This document shows, piece after piece, positions 11,259 to 22,721 of a stretch of DNA of 64,000 nucleotides (its first letter is position 1; each line of letters opens with the position of its first letter). The stretch is taken from assembly GCA_000146045.2 (NCBI GenBank), contig BK006936.2, forward strand, positions 64,001-128,000, written 5' to 3'. The stretch comes from TPA_inf: Saccharomyces. Its lineage: Eukaryota. Under the pieces are notes generated by a model. It did no database searches and was not told where the DNA came from. It worked only from the letters and a program-made list of their open reading frames with translations. Both the position numbers and the translations under genes were made by a program.

Positions 11259-14200
11259 ATGTTTCAAAGTTTTTTCCACAACAATGGGCCCGCTGCTGCC
11301 GGTGAAACGTTTTCAGATAGCAGATCGTACCCTTTAACGAATCATCAAGAAGTACCCAGGAATGGACTGAATGAGTTGGCCTCATCTGCAACCAAGGCGC
11401 AACAACAACCTACACACATATTAAACTCATATCCAATTACCGGGTCCAACCCACTCATGAGGGCAAGCGCAATGGGGGCGACCTCTGGCAGCATCAATCC
11501 TAATATGTCCAACATGAATGAGCACATTCGTGTTTCCGGGATGGGGACTTCTAAGCCCCTGGACTTAGCGGGAAAGTACATTGACCATCTACAACATAAA
11601 GATAGTAACACTCCCGTACTCGACGAACGATCTTATTATAACAGCGGGGTAGATTATAACTTCAGCAGAGAAAAAAACGGCTTAGGAGCGTTTACTCCAT
11701 TTGAAAAGCAAGATGTGTTCAACATTCCGGACGAGATTTTGCATGAATTTTCCACTTCACAGACAAAAACTGATATGGGTATTTTCCCGGAGTTAAATCG
11801 ATGTTGGATAACTATTGATAATAAACTGATACTCTGGAATATTAACAATGACAATGAGTATCAGGTGGTAGATGATATGAAGCATACCATTCAAAAAGTC
11901 GCCTTGGTAAGACCTAAGCCAAACACCTTTGTGCCTGCCGTGAAGCATCTACTTTTGATAAGCACGACAATGGAGCTTTTCATGTTTGCTATTTCCTTAG
12001 ACAAAGCCACCAACGAACTCAGTGTATTCAATACACATCTATCAGTCCCTGTACAAGGCATTGATGTAATAGACATTGTGTCTCATGAAAGATCGGGTAG
12101 AATTTTCTTCGCAGGCCAAGCCAGTGGCCTGAATATCTGGGAGTTGCACTACTCAGGTTCCGATGACTGGTTCAATAGTAAATGTAGTAAGGTCTGTCTG
12201 ACAAAGTCTGCCCTATTAAGTCTTCTACCTACTAACATGTTATCGCAGATTCCAGGTGTTGATTTTATTCAGGCTTTGTTCGAAGATAATTCTAACGGTA
12301 ATGGCGGATTTTCTCAAGAGACCATCACGCAACTAACTATTGACCAACAAAGAGGAATCATCTATTCATTATCCTCCAAATCCACCATTAGAGCATACGT
12401 AATAACAGAAAAATCACTGGAAGGACCCATGTCAATTGAGCCTGCCTACATCAGTAGGATCATAGGTACCACGACGGCAAGGGCAGCACCGATTTTGGGC
12501 CCCAAATACCTAAAAATTGTCAAGATAAGCTCTGTTGCACCAGAAGAAAACAACAATTTGTTTTTAGTTGCTTTAACAGTAGGTGGTGTGCGTTTGTACT
12601 TTAATGGTTCCATGGGCAGATTTAACATCGAAGCTTTGAGGTTAGAATCGATCAAGTTCCCCCCTAGTTCTGTAACTCCTGAAGTCATCCAACAAGAATT
12701 ACTACATCAACAACAGGAACAGGCGAAGAGAAGCTTTCCTTTCTTTTCAAATCTAATGTCTTCCGAACCAGTCCTCTTAAAATTCCAAAAGAAATCATCT
12801 GTATTACTAGAGACTACAAAAGCAAGTACAATTATTTCCCCAGGCATATTTTTTTCCGCTGTGATCAAGTCATCTCAGCAAACTCATCAACAAGAAAAAA
12901 AAGAGAACTCATCTGTTACTGGAACGACCGCTACCGCAGGGTCTAAAACTGTCAAACAACAGCCAGTTACTTTACAACATAAGCTTTTCGTTAGTGTTCC
13001 AGATTATGGTATCTTGAAAACACACGGTAAGTACGTTGAAAATGCCACGTTTTTGGAAACTGCGGGCCCAGTTCAACAAATTATTCCCTTATCGGGGTTG
13101 TTTAATGCAACGACAAAGCCACAAGGATTTGCTAACGAATTTGCGACACAGTACACATCAGAAACTTTAAGGGTAGCAGTTTTGACGAGCACTTCTATCG
13201 AAATTTATAAATATCGTACTCCTGATGAAATTTTTGAGGATCTAATCGATAATCCGCTGCCATTCGTCTTAAATTATGGTGCCGCGGAAGCTTGTTCCAC
13301 TGCATTGTTTGTTACTTGCAAATCAAATAAATCTGAAAAATTAAGATCTAATGCCCTGACTTTTTTAACTATGGGTATTCCTGGCGTTGTTGACATCAAA
13401 CCTGTCTACAACCGTTATTCTGTATCTACAGTATCCTCTTTATTGTCAAAGCCCACTTTATCAACCGCAACAACTAATCTCCAACAATCAATAACTGGCT
13501 TTAGTAAACCCTCCCCTGCAAACAAGGAAGATTTTGACTTAGATGACGTAATATTATCCCCCAGATTTTACGGTATTGCATTATTGATTACCAGACTACT
13601 TCGAGATATTTGGGGGAGACATGTCTTCATGACTTTTACAGATAATAGGGTGACATCCCATGCTTTCATTTCTTCTTCTGATCCAATCACTCCATCTATT
13701 AATAACCTAAAAAGTGATGAAATTTCACAAAATAGGAACATAATATCAAAGGTTTCTATTTCCAAGGATTGTATCGAGTACTATCTATCTTCAATTAACA
13801 TTTTAAATGAATTTTTCATCACTTATGGTGATTCAATTTCCCAAATATCAGCTCCCTACGTATTAGCGAACAATTCTAACGGCAGGGTTATTGATAAAAC
13901 AGAAGAAGTTGCAAACCAAGCGGAAAGTATAGCGATTAATGCGATGATCAAAATGGTACAGTCCATAAAGGAAGGTCTATCATTCTTGAACGTTTTATAC
14001 GAGGAAAGCGAAGTCGAAGGATTCGACAACCAATACCTTGGTTTCAAGGATATAATCAGTTTTGTAAGCTTGGACGTCCAAAAAGATTTAGTCAAACTAG
14101 ATTTTAAAGATTTATTTGCTCCAAATGACAAAACAAAATCATTAATTAGAGAAATTTTATTATCCATCATCAATAGGAATATCACCAAAGGTGCGTCGAT

Positions 14201-15767
14201 AGAGTATACCGCAACAGCTTTACAAGAACGCTGTGGATCATTCTGCTCTGCAAGTGATATATTAGGATTTAGAGCCATTGAACATCTTAGAAGGGCTAAA
14301 GAAATTGGCTTGCGTAACTATGATTCTCTAAACTATCACCTGAAAAATGCTACTGCTTTACTTGAACAAATTGTGGATGATCTTTCTATCGAGAAATTGA
14401 AAGAAGCTGTATCAATGATGCTGAGTGTAAATTATTACCCAAAATCTATTGAATTCTTATTGAATATTGCCAACTCTATGGACAAAGGCAAACTAGCTTG
14501 TCAATATGTGGCAAATGGATTTTTAGAAAATGATGATAGGAAACAATATTACGACAAACGTATCTTAGTTTATGACCTAGTTTTTGATACTTTAATAAAA
14601 GTAGACGAACTTGCCGAAAAAAAACAGTCATCAAAAACTCAAAACCAAATTTCGATATCGAATGACGATGAAGTGAAACTGAGACAAAAAAGTTATGAAG
14701 CCGCCCTAAAATATAACGATAGATTATTCCACTATCATATGTATGATTGGCTTGTGTCTCAGAACAGAGAGGAAAAACTATTAGATATTGAAACTCCATT
14801 CATACTCCCTTATTTAATGGAAAAGGCAGGTAGTTCATTGAAGATATCTAATATACTCTGGGTCTATTATTCAAGAAGATCTAAATTTTTCGAATCTGCT
14901 GAAATTCTTTACCGTTTAGCTACATCGAATTTTGACATCACATTGTTTGAAAGAATTGAGTTTCTTTCACGCGCCAATGGTTTTTGCAACAGTGTGTCAC
15001 CATTAAGCCAGAAACAAAGAATTGTACAATTAGCTAGTAGGATCCAAGATGCATGTGAAGTTGCTGGTATTCAAGGTGATATATTGTCGCTCGTGTATAC
15101 AGACGCAAGAATAGATTCAGCCATTAAAGATGAGCTGATCAAAACTCTAGATGGTAAAATATTGAGCACAAGTGAGCTGTTTAATGATTTTGCTGTACCC
15201 TTAAGTTACCATGAAATTGCCCTATTCATTTTCAAGATAGCAGATTTTAGGGACCATGAAGTAATTATGGCCAAGTGGGATGAGCTATTCCAATCTTTGA
15301 GGATGGAATTTAATAATACCGGAAAGAAAGAAGATTCAATGAACTTCATCAACTTACTGTCTAATGTACTGATTAAAATTGGTAAAAATGTTCAGGATTC
15401 TGAATTCATTTTCCCCATTTTCGAACTCTTTCCCATTGTCTGTAATTTTTTCTACGAAACACTACCTAAGGAACATATTGTATCAGGGTCGATAGTTTCT
15501 ATATTCATAACAGCGGGTGTTTCTTTCAACAAAATGTACTATATTTTAAAAGAACTAATCGAGACATCAGATTCCGATAATTCCGTATTTAATAAAGAAA
15601 TGACCTGGTTAATTCACGAATGGTACAAATCGGACAGGAAATTTAGGGACATTATTTCCTACAACGATATCATTCACTTGAAGGAATACAAAATTGATAA
15701 TGATCCAATTGAAAAGTACGTTAAGAACAGCGGCAATAATTTGGGGATTTGTTTCTACAAAGAATAA
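11259..15767 (+). CDS. NUP170: NUP170, inner-ring nucleoporin
   Basis: 1502 aa from the ATG at 11259 (MFQSFFHNNGPAAAGETF). The ORF-track start at 11253 is a TTG. It has a beta-propeller followed by an alpha-solenoid, as in the Nup155/Nup170 family. Confidence 0.92.
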   Translation: MFQSFFHNNGPAAAGETFSDSRSYPLTNHQEVPRNGLNELASSATKAQQQPTHILNSYPITGSNPLMRASAMGATSGSINPNMSNMNEHIRVSGMGTSKPLDLAGKYIDHLQHKDSNTPVLDERSYYNSGVDYNFSREKNGLGAFTPFEKQDVFNIPDEILHEFSTSQTKTDMGIFPELNRCWITIDNKLILWNINNDNEYQVVDDMKHTIQKVALVRPKPNTFVPAVKHLLLISTTMELFMFAISLDKATNELSVFNTHLSVPVQGIDVIDIVSHERSGRIFFAGQASGLNIWELHYSGSDDWFNSKCSKVCLTKSALLSLLPTNMLSQIPGVDFIQALFEDNSNGNGGFSQETITQLTIDQQRGIIYSLSSKSTIRAYVITEKSLEGPMSIEPAYISRIIGTTTARAAPILGPKYLKIVKISSVAPEENNNLFLVALTVGGVRLYFNGSMGRFNIEALRLESIKFPPSSVTPEVIQQELLHQQQEQAKRSFPFFSNLMSSEPVLLKFQKKSSVLLETTKASTIISPGIFFSAVIKSSQQTHQQEKKENSSVTGTTATAGSKTVKQQPVTLQHKLFVSVPDYGILKTHGKYVENATFLETAGPVQQIIPLSGLFNATTKPQGFANEFATQYTSETLRVAVLTSTSIEIYKYRTPDEIFEDLIDNPLPFVLNYGAAEACSTALFVTCKSNKSEKLRSNALTFLTMGIPGVVDIKPVYNRYSVSTVSSLLSKPTLSTATTNLQQSITGFSKPSPANKEDFDLDDVILSPRFYGIALLITRLLRDIWGRHVFMTFTDNRVTSHAFISSSDPITPSINNLKSDEISQNRNIISKVSISKDCIEYYLSSINILNEFFITYGDSISQISAPYVLANNSNGRVIDKTEEVANQAESIAINAMIKMVQSIKEGLSFLNVLYEESEVEGFDNQYLGFKDIISFVSLDVQKDLVKLDFKDLFAPNDKTKSLIREILLSIINRNITKGASIEYTATALQERCGSFCSASDILGFRAIEHLRRAKEIGLRNYDSLNYHLKNATALLEQIVDDLSIEKLKEAVSMMLSVNYYPKSIEFLLNIANSMDKGKLACQYVANGFLENDDRKQYYDKRILVYDLVFDTLIKVDELAEKKQSSKTQNQISISNDDEVKLRQKSYEAALKYNDRLFHYHMYDWLVSQNREEKLLDIETPFILPYLMEKAGSSLKISNILWVYYSRRSKFFESAEILYRLATSNFDITLFERIEFLSRANGFCNSVSPLSQKQRIVQLASRIQDACEVAGIQGDILSLVYTDARIDSAIKDELIKTLDGKILSTSELFNDFAVPLSYHEIALFIFKIADFRDHEVIMAKWDELFQSLRMEFNNTGKKEDSMNFINLLSNVLIKIGKNVQDSEFIFPIFELFPIVCNFFYETLPKEHIVSGSIVSIFITAGVSFNKMYYILKELIETSDSDNSVFNKEMTWLIHEWYKSDRKFRDIISYNDIIHLKEYKIDNDPIEKYVKNSGNNLGICFYKE

Positions 15768-16377
15768 AAATTCATGTTCGACATATAGATAGCAGGGTAA
15801 TGTACGTGTATATTTTAATGTAATAAAGAGGCCTTACTAGACGGTAAAGTTAAGAATATCGAGTGAACTTTTCCTTAAGATAAAGGTAAATATAGTCGAG
15901 TATTTATTTATTATTCTTTTCCACTATACAGTATTTAAAATTCTGTAAGAAATTGATTCTACATACATAAGACAAACGAACAGGTCAGAGAGAATCAGAT
16001 TTTTGGTTAGCAAGAATACATTTTGGAGAAGAAAGACATTAACTCCACCTTACTGTATCATCTTATTTGCTTTTTCACTCCTTCCTAATATTTTTTTTAT
16101 TTTATTTTGAATTTCTTCCTATTTCTGATGCATTGAACAGATCGTAATCTGTAAGTAAATACCATAACGTGCTCACATTTGTCTCCAAATACTGGTGAAA
16201 TCTTGGCTCCGTTGTGTACAAAACTTCTTAATGAATATATATATATTTTTCCCTTATTTTATCTTTTTTTTTCGAATTTTTTATGTAAACATTCTTATAC
16301 TGGAACAATAGATGGCTAATGAGTCCCTATAATTTCGATTTTAGATGTTAACGCTTCATTTCTTTTCATATAAAAGA

Positions 16378-16731
16378 CTACCTGCCAAATGTATTTTCTC
16401 CTGAGTAAGTGACATACAAAAACCCGTCCTTATCCTTGTGTTCTTGATATATGGCAGACATCAACGCCGCAGTAGGTGGCAAAGTATCATTGACAAAAAT
16501 GAAGATGGCCTTCTCAGGGGGTAGCATAATTCTCTTTCTTATAACATAAACAAATTGCCCTACGGTAAGGTCAGCAGGAACTAGATATTTACGCTTATCA
16601 ATCTCTGGAATATCTGACTTTTCAGCTTTTTCGCAAATCACAGGTATCCTATTCTTGAACCTGTCAGCAATCCTCTCCGACTCCGCCTTCCTTTTTTCAA
16701 ATGGATATTCAGACTTAAATGTAGACTTCAT
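16378..16731 (-). CDS. ATG8: ATG8, ubiquitin-like autophagy protein
   Basis: 117 aa ([25 protein letters not shown]...YSGENTFGR). It has the C-terminal Gly116-Arg117 processing site. Confidence 0.97.
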
Positions 16732-16855
16732 GTCTCTAGTAATTATTTTATTATGATTTTCTCAACTTTACAATTATTAGATTCTCTTATCAATCCCCTC
16801 CTCAACCTTTAATGGTTCCCCTTTTTGTATTTCCATAATTATACCAAATATTTTT

Positions 16856-16866
16856 GCCGCCGCCGA
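16856..16866 (-). promoter_or_regulatory. URS1-like element (TCGGCGGCGGC) about 125 bp upstream of ATG8
   Basis: The plus strand reads GCCGCCGCCGA. The URS1 core TCGGCGGC is intact. From established knowledge, ATG8 is repressed by Ume6 through URS1. Confidence 0.5.
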
Positions 16867-16896
16867 AAATAACCGGCCTCCGGGTGATGATATATC

Positions 16897-17328
16897 ATGT
16901 GCTATGATTTCACGGGTATTATACAACATTATCGGTGGAGACAGTTAGCATTACATGACTCTAACTTAAACGTAAACTTACACATATACATCTATATCAC
17001 TTCGAGTAGAGAAAAATTTGTACGTATTTATATGAGTTGTTTTCATAATTTGAACACTTTTAATTTGAAAATGGTGTCATTAATAGATTGTTCTTCATCA
17101 CCAATTGGGTCTGTCTTTGAGCCGTCATATTTGGCAATGTCGGATCTACAGGTCTTGCTTAACATATCAAAATGTTCTTTGACAATGGCTTCAAAGTCGA
17201 TAGTATCTTTAACTAATTCGTACTCCACTAAAACATCGTCGGTGGCTTCCAAACCACACTTCTTTCTCAATTTTTGGATTCTGTTGACCAGCTCTCTTGC
17301 GAGACCTTCACTCTTTAGTTCAGAGTAA
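16897..17328 (+). CDS. YBL077W: Dubious ORF YBL077W, overlapping the 3' end of ILS1 on the opposite strand
   Basis: 143-aa ATG ORF antisense to ILS1 with no domain. Confidence 0.2.
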   Translation: MCYDFTGIIQHYRWRQLALHDSNLNVNLHIYIYITSSREKFVRIYMSCFHNLNTFNLKMVSLIDCSSSPIGSVFEPSYLAMSDLQVLLNISKCSLTMASKSIVSLTNSYSTKTSSVASKPHFFLNFWILLTSSLARPSLFSSE

Positions 17329-20261
17329 ATATTTGTATCCATGATGATTAACACGTCTTGGTCGGTTCTGGTTTCTTGTCCAGCTTGGACAGCAGATTCT
17401 GGCAAGCCTCTAATAGCATTCAAATCTCCTTTAACCAGTTCAATACCGGCAACCTCCAACTTTCCGCTTTCCAAATATTCCCGTACTTGCTCAGAAGTGA
17501 CTGATGGTAGGGCATCTTTAACCTTCTTTGCGTCTTTTTTCAACTTCTTACCCAATACAGGCCAATCAGCAACTGCTTTATACTCAACACCATATTTTGC
17601 CTCATCGGAGGTGATAACAACATCACGAACATTTAATTCCTCGATAATGTAGTTTTTCAAGGCTTCTACATCCTTCAAGTATGATTCATCACTGTGAAGG
17701 ATGACCAAAGTCTTCAATGGAGTTTTTAAGGAAATAGTTTTCTTTTCACGAATGTTTCTACCCAAATCGATAACGGATTGCATTCTAGAAACTGCAGTTT
17801 CGATGGCCTCGTCAAAGTATTCTTTCTTGACCACTGGGTAAGATAAGAAATGGACTGATCTTCCGTCCTTACCGTATTTTGCTAAGACAGCTTCTGGGAT
17901 GTATTCCTTCAGTCTCAAATAAATGCTTTCTGACAAAAATGGGGTGAATGGAGCCATGGCACGGACAAATGTGAATAAGGCATCGAATAAAGAATTTAAT
18001 GCTTTCAAACAGTCCTCAACACCGTTTTCACCCTTCAAACGACGACGATTAAATCTAATATACCAGTTTGTCAATTCATCAATGAAATTCAAAAGTTTTG
18101 GAACGACAGTGTATAATTTGTACTGACCCATTTCTTCGTGAATGAATTGTACTAGAGATTGCATAGAAGCTAAAATCCATCTGTCCATGACATTATCACT
18201 TTTCACAGAATCATCATATTGGAAGTCGATGTTAGACATCTTTTTCAACAAGGCAATTTGACCGTCCAAAAATTTAAAGGAGTTCCACCATGGTAGTAAG
18301 ACCTTTGAAACAACCTCCTTAACACCCTCTTCTTTGAATTTCAAACTTTCAGCTTTTAAAACAGGTGAGTTTATCAAGTACAATCTTAATGCATCCGCAC
18401 CATATTTGTTCAGAACAATGGATGGATCAGGGTAATTTTTCAAGGATTTAGACATCTTTCTACCATCGGCAGCTAAGACAATACCAGAGACGATGACGTT
18501 CTTGTATGGAACAGAGCCAAATAGATGGGTACCTAAGACAGCTAACGTGTAGAACCAACCTCTTGTTTGATCCAAACCTTCAGAGATGAAATTAGCTGGA
18601 ACTCTTTCGTCAAATTTTTCTGTGTTTTCAAATGGATAATGTTGAGAAGCATAAGGCATAGAACCAGATTCAAACCAACAATCAAAAACTTCTTCAATTC
18701 TCTTTAAGTCACCCTTACCTTGCTTGGATGGAATTGTCAATTTGTCAATGACATCACGATGCAAGTCAGTGATGTTACGCACACCGGTCAATTCTTCCAA
18801 TTCTTTGATAGAACCAACACAGACGACCTCCTCAAAATCGTCTGAAACCCATAAAGGAATTGGAGTACCCCAATATCTATTTCTGGAAACGTTCCAGTCA
18901 CGGGCATTGGCGATCCAGTTGGCGAACCTCTTTTCCTTGATGGTGTTAGGAACCCAGTGAGATTTCATCACAGAATCCAACATTTGAGGGACAATGTTTT
19001 TAACACGAACGAACCAAGCTGGAACAGAACGGTATAACAATGGGGTATCGGATCTCCAACAGAATGGATAGGAATGGCGAATTTGGGATGCCAATAACAA
19101 ATTTCCAGTATTAGTTAAGTACTTAATAATCAACTTATCAGCGTCCTTGACATAAACACCCTCAAAATCAGGAACGTCTTTCGTGAATCTACCAAGGTCA
19201 TCAATGGCGTTAGGTAACACTGAATCTTCGGATATGACGCCGTTCTTCAAACAAGCAGCATTATCCTCTTCACCGAAAGCGGGAGCGTTATGAACAATAC
19301 CAGTACCGGAATCACTAGTAACATAATCATCTGAAATAACTCTAAAAGCTGTTTCATGGAACTGTTCAGCGAAATATGGGAACAATGGTTCATACTTCAA
19401 ACCAACCAAATCAGAACCTTTAATTTTTTCCACAATCTTATATTTTTCATTCTTAGGCTTCTTATACAAGGTTTTAATCAAAGATTCTAATAAGATGAAA
19501 TAACGATCTCTGGTTTCGTCGTAAATCTTTACATATTCGAAATCAGCGTTAACACATAACGACAAATTGGAAGGTAAAGTCCATGGAGTCGTAGTCCATG
19601 CGACCAATTGAGTTTTTTCCTGGCCAATAACATTGAAACCAATGGTCACAGCTGGGTCGTTAACATCTTTATAGTTTTGCTGAGCTTCAAAGTTACTCAA
19701 GGGAGTGGTTAGGCCAGTAGAATAAGGCATAACTTTGAATCCACGGTAAACTTGACCTTTTTCATGAAGTTGCTTGAAAGCCCACCATGTGGACTCCATA
19801 AAGGATGGATACATAGTCTTGTAATCGTTGTCGAAATCAATCCAACGACCCAAACGACCAATAGTTTTTCTCCAATCACTGGCATAAGTCATAACAATGG
19901 ATCTACACTCATTGTTGTAGTTTTCAAGACCATACTTGAAGACGTCATCTTTACCCGTGATACCTAATTTCTTGTCAATGATATGTTCAATTGGAACACC
20001 GTGTGTATCCCAACCGAATCTTCTTTCCACGTGGTGGCCTGTCATGGTAGCGTATCTTGGAACAATATCCTTAATAGTGGAAGCAAGAATATGACCGTAA
20101 TGAGGAGTACCGGTGGCAAATGGAGGCCCATCGAAGAAGGAAAACTCCGGTTTGTCTTTTGTTAATTCTAATGAAGTATGAAAGGCATCTATTTCATCCC
20201 AAAGAGATAGAACTTTTTCTTCCTCCTTTGGAAATGAGAAGTGTGCGTTACTCTCGGACAT
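17043..20261 (-). CDS. ILS1: ILS1, cytoplasmic isoleucyl-tRNA synthetase (class I)
   Basis: 1072 aa. It has the HIGH-type motif PHYGHILAS and KMSKS (KMSKSLKNYPD). The ATG is at 20261. Confidence 0.95.
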   Translation of the reverse strand: MSESNAHFSFPKEEEKVLSLWDEIDAFHTSLELTKDKPEFSFFDGPPFATGTPHYGHILASTIKDIVPRYATMTGHHVERRFGWDTHGVPIEHIIDKKLGITGKDDVFKYGLENYNNECRSIVMTYASDWRKTIGRLGRWIDFDNDYKTMYPSFMESTWWAFKQLHEKGQVYRGFKVMPYSTGLTTPLSNFEAQQNYKDVNDPAVTIGFNVIGQEKTQLVAWTTTPWTLPSNLSLCVNADFEYVKIYDETRDRYFILLESLIKTLYKKPKNEKYKIVEKIKGSDLVGLKYEPLFPYFAEQFHETAFRVISDDYVTSDSGTGIVHNAPAFGEEDNAACLKNGVISEDSVLPNAIDDLGRFTKDVPDFEGVYVKDADKLIIKYLTNTGNLLLASQIRHSYPFCWRSDTPLLYRSVPAWFVRVKNIVPQMLDSVMKSHWVPNTIKEKRFANWIANARDWNVSRNRYWGTPIPLWVSDDFEEVVCVGSIKELEELTGVRNITDLHRDVIDKLTIPSKQGKGDLKRIEEVFDCWFESGSMPYASQHYPFENTEKFDERVPANFISEGLDQTRGWFYTLAVLGTHLFGSVPYKNVIVSGIVLAADGRKMSKSLKNYPDPSIVLNKYGADALRLYLINSPVLKAESLKFKEEGVKEVVSKVLLPWWNSFKFLDGQIALLKKMSNIDFQYDDSVKSDNVMDRWILASMQSLVQFIHEEMGQYKLYTVVPKLLNFIDELTNWYIRFNRRRLKGENGVEDCLKALNSLFDALFTFVRAMAPFTPFLSESIYLRLKEYIPEAVLAKYGKDGRSVHFLSYPVVKKEYFDEAIETAVSRMQSVIDLGRNIREKKTISLKTPLKTLVILHSDESYLKDVEALKNYIIEELNVRDVVITSDEAKYGVEYKAVADWPVLGKKLKKDAKKVKDALPSVTSEQVREYLESGKLEVAGIELVKGDLNAIRGLPESAVQAGQETRTDQDVLIIMDTNIYSELKSEGLARELVNRIQKLRKKCGLEATDDVLVEYELVKDTIDFEAIVKEHFDMLSKTCRSDIAKYDGSKTDPIGDEEQSINDTIFKLKVFKL

Positions 20262-20357
20262 ATTTCCTTGGTTTTTTGAAGCTTTTGGCTAAAGGTTGTA
20301 GGAAGTCGAGTAACATCACTCTAGTTTAAAGCGCAAAATGATATTTTTCATGCTTAA

Positions 20358-20364
20358 GAGTCAT
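20358..20364 (-). promoter_or_regulatory. Gcn4-type GCRE core (ATGACTC) about 100 bp upstream of ILS1, with an RRPE-like A/T tract at 20395..20417
   Basis: The plus strand reads GAGTCAT at 20358..20364. AAAAAAAAAAAAAATTTTTC lies further upstream. Confidence 0.35.
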
Positions 20365-20498
20365 CATTGTTTCGAGATTTCTTGCGTGCTGCGGAAACAA
20401 AAAAAAAAAAAATTTTTCGTCATCATGGATAGATTACCCGCCATCGTATAAAAGGTTAAACATAAAAAGTAGCTAAATAGAACACTATAGAAGAATAA

Positions 20499-22448
20499 TC
20501 AATCAACCTCTTCCACTGTTGGACCTGTATCTTCTCCACCTCCCGTAGCACCCGAGTTGGGCATGGATCCGGGGAATCCACCGGATTCCCCCGCTCCAGG
20601 ACCTGCGCCGGCACCAGCACCGTAAAATTTCGTCATTATTGGATTGGCAATGCCTTCCAACTCCTTTTGTCTATCCTTATATTCGTCCGTAGAGGCTGCC
20701 TGCGATGCATCTAACCAGTCAATGGTTTCCTGAGACGCTGTTTCTAATCTCTTTGCATCATCTTCACCTACTTTCTCTTTGAAACTTGCTTCGTTTATGG
20801 TATTCTTCAAAGTAAATGCATACGATTCAAGCTGATTCTTAGCCTGAACTCGTTCTGCCTCCCTTTCATCGTCAGCCCTATATTTTTCAGCTTCAGAAAC
20901 CATCCTATCAATATCATCCTTCGAGAGCCTACCTTTATCGTTAGTGATCGTGATTTTGTTACTCTTACCAGTACCCTTTTCCAAAGCAGACACATTAAGA
21001 ATACCATTAGCGTCGATATCAAAGGTAACATCAATTTGAGGCACACCTCTGGGAGCAGGCGGAATGCCACTTAATTCGAATTTACCAAGTAAGTTATTAT
21101 CCTTTGTTCTTGTTCTTTCACCTTCAAAGACTTGAATTAAAACACCAGGTTGATTATCTGCATAGGTAGAGAAGGTTTCCGATTTCTTTGTTGGAATCGT
21201 TGAGTTTCTAGGAATTAGCTTAGTCATTATGCCGCCTGCAGTTTCAATTCCTAGGGACAATGGCGCAACATCCAATAATAGTAAATCTTGTGTCTTTGTT
21301 GATTGATCGCCGGTTAAAATGGCAGCTTGAACGGCTGCACCATAAGCAACAGCCTCATCCGGGTTGATAGAACGATTAGGCTCTTTGCCATTGAAGAAGT
21401 CAGAAACTAATTTCTGAATCTTTGGGATTCTGGTAGATCCACCGACTAACACAATCTCATCAATTTGGGACTTGTCCAGCTTCGAATCTTTAAGAACCTT
21501 TTCTACTGGTTCCAATGTGGATCTGAATAAATCAGCACATAGCTCTTCAAACCTTGCCCTTGTTAACGAAGTGTAGAAATCCATACCTTCAAATAAAGAA
21601 TCGATCTCGATCGAGGTTTGAGATGAGGAAGAAAGCGCTCTCTTAGCTCTTTCTGCCGCAGTTCTCAATCTTCTTAACGATCTTTGATTATTAGAGATGT
21701 CCTTTTTCGTTTTCCTTTTGAATTCAGTGGCTAAATGGTTCACCAACCTATTATCAAAATCTTCACCACCTAAATGAGTGTCTCCTGCGGTAGCCTTAAC
21801 CTCAAAAACACCCTCATCAATTGAAAGTAAAGAGACGTCAAAAGTACCACCACCCAAATCAAAAATCAGGACATTGTGCTCAGCCCTGCCTTTCTTATCC
21901 AAGCCATAAGCAATTGCTGCTGCAGTGGGTTCATTGATAATACGTAAAACGTTCATCCCTGCAATAGTTCCTGCATCCTTAGTGGCTTGTCTTTGAGAAT
22001 CATTGAAATATGCAGGAACAGTTACAACAGCATCATTGACCGTAGTTCCCAAATAGTTCTCAGCAGTTTCCTTCATTTTGCTTAAAACCATGGAAGAAAT
22101 TTCCTCAGGCGTAAATGTTTTCGTTTCACCCTTATATTCTACTTGCACTACAGGTTTACCATCTCTGGATATAACTTTGAAAGGGAAGTGCTTGGCATCT
22201 GTCGTCACTTCAGGATCATCAAATTTACGACCAATTAACCGCTTTGCATCAAAAACTGTATTATGAGGATTGATTGCAGCTTGATTTTTGGCGGCGTCAC
22301 CAATTAATCTTTCGGTGTCTGTGAAAGCCACATACGATGGAGTGGTCCTATTACCTTGATCATTTGCAATTATCTCTACCCTATCATTGGAAAAATGAGC
22401 AACACACGAGTAAGTTGTTCCCAAATCAATACCAACTGCTCTAGACAT
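20499..22448 (-). CDS. SSA3: SSA3, stress-inducible cytosolic Hsp70
   Basis: 649 aa. It has the Hsp70 signature [10 protein letters not shown] and the C-terminal EEVD. The ATG is at 22448. Confidence 0.93.
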   Translation of the reverse strand: MSRAVGIDLGTTYSCVAHFSNDRVEIIANDQGNRTTPSYVAFTDTERLIGDAAKNQAAINPHNTVFDAKRLIGRKFDDPEVTTDAKHFPFKVISRDGKPVVQVEYKGETKTFTPEEISSMVLSKMKETAENYLGTTVNDAVVTVPAYFNDSQRQATKDAGTIAGMNVLRIINEPTAAAIAYGLDKKGRAEHNVLIFDLGGGTFDVSLLSIDEGVFEVKATAGDTHLGGEDFDNRLVNHLATEFKRKTKKDISNNQRSLRRLRTAAERAKRALSSSSQTSIEIDSLFEGMDFYTSLTRARFEELCADLFRSTLEPVEKVLKDSKLDKSQIDEIVLVGGSTRIPKIQKLVSDFFNGKEPNRSINPDEAVAYGAAVQAAILTGDQSTKTQDLLLLDVAPLSLGIETAGGIMTKLIPRNSTIPTKKSETFSTYADNQPGVLIQVFEGERTRTKDNNLLGKFELSGIPPAPRGVPQIDVTFDIDANGILNVSALEKGTGKSNKITITNDKGRLSKDDIDRMVSEAEKYRADDEREAERVQAKNQLESYAFTLKNTINEASFKEKVGEDDAKRLETASQETIDWLDASQAASTDEYKDRQKELEGIANPIMTKFYGAGAGAGPGAGESGGFPGSMPNSGATGGGEDTGPTVEEVD

Positions 22449-22611
22449 TTTTCTTTGTAGCGTTTAGTACCTATTCTATCCGTTTAGTGACAAACATTGA
22501 CATACAAGAATGTTTATGCTACCAATTTCAGTCACTTTATATACCCTTCCATTCGTTTCCAATTGTGCAATATGATACATCCCTTAACCATCTTCTGGTC
22601 ACCCTTGTGGC

Positions 22612-22660
22612 TGCTTCTGTAATATTCTATAACTTTCCACAGCGATCCCTAATTAAGGGC
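22612..22660 (-). promoter_or_regulatory. SSA3 upstream HSE-like array overlapping a PDS element (TTAGGGAT)
   Basis: The minus strand reads CCCTTAATTAGGGATCGCTGTGGAAAGTTATAGAATATTACAGAAG. That is a five-unit GAAnnTTAnnGAA-type heat-shock element adjacent to TTAGGGAT, about 165 to 210 bp upstream of the SSA3 ATG. Confidence 0.5.
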
Positions 22661-22721
22661 ACCCATAACCTCCATAGGCATCAAGTCAAATACGTTTGAT
22701 GATAGCGCCGCACGATGATCG

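Noticed and set aside
13856-14799. Several 100 to 140-aa minus-strand ORFs inside NUP170, and similar ones inside KIP1, YEL1, SAS3 and SEF1
   Set aside because: They lie wholly within long, well-supported genes on the opposite strand. Antisense ORFs of this size are expected by chance in AT-rich DNA.
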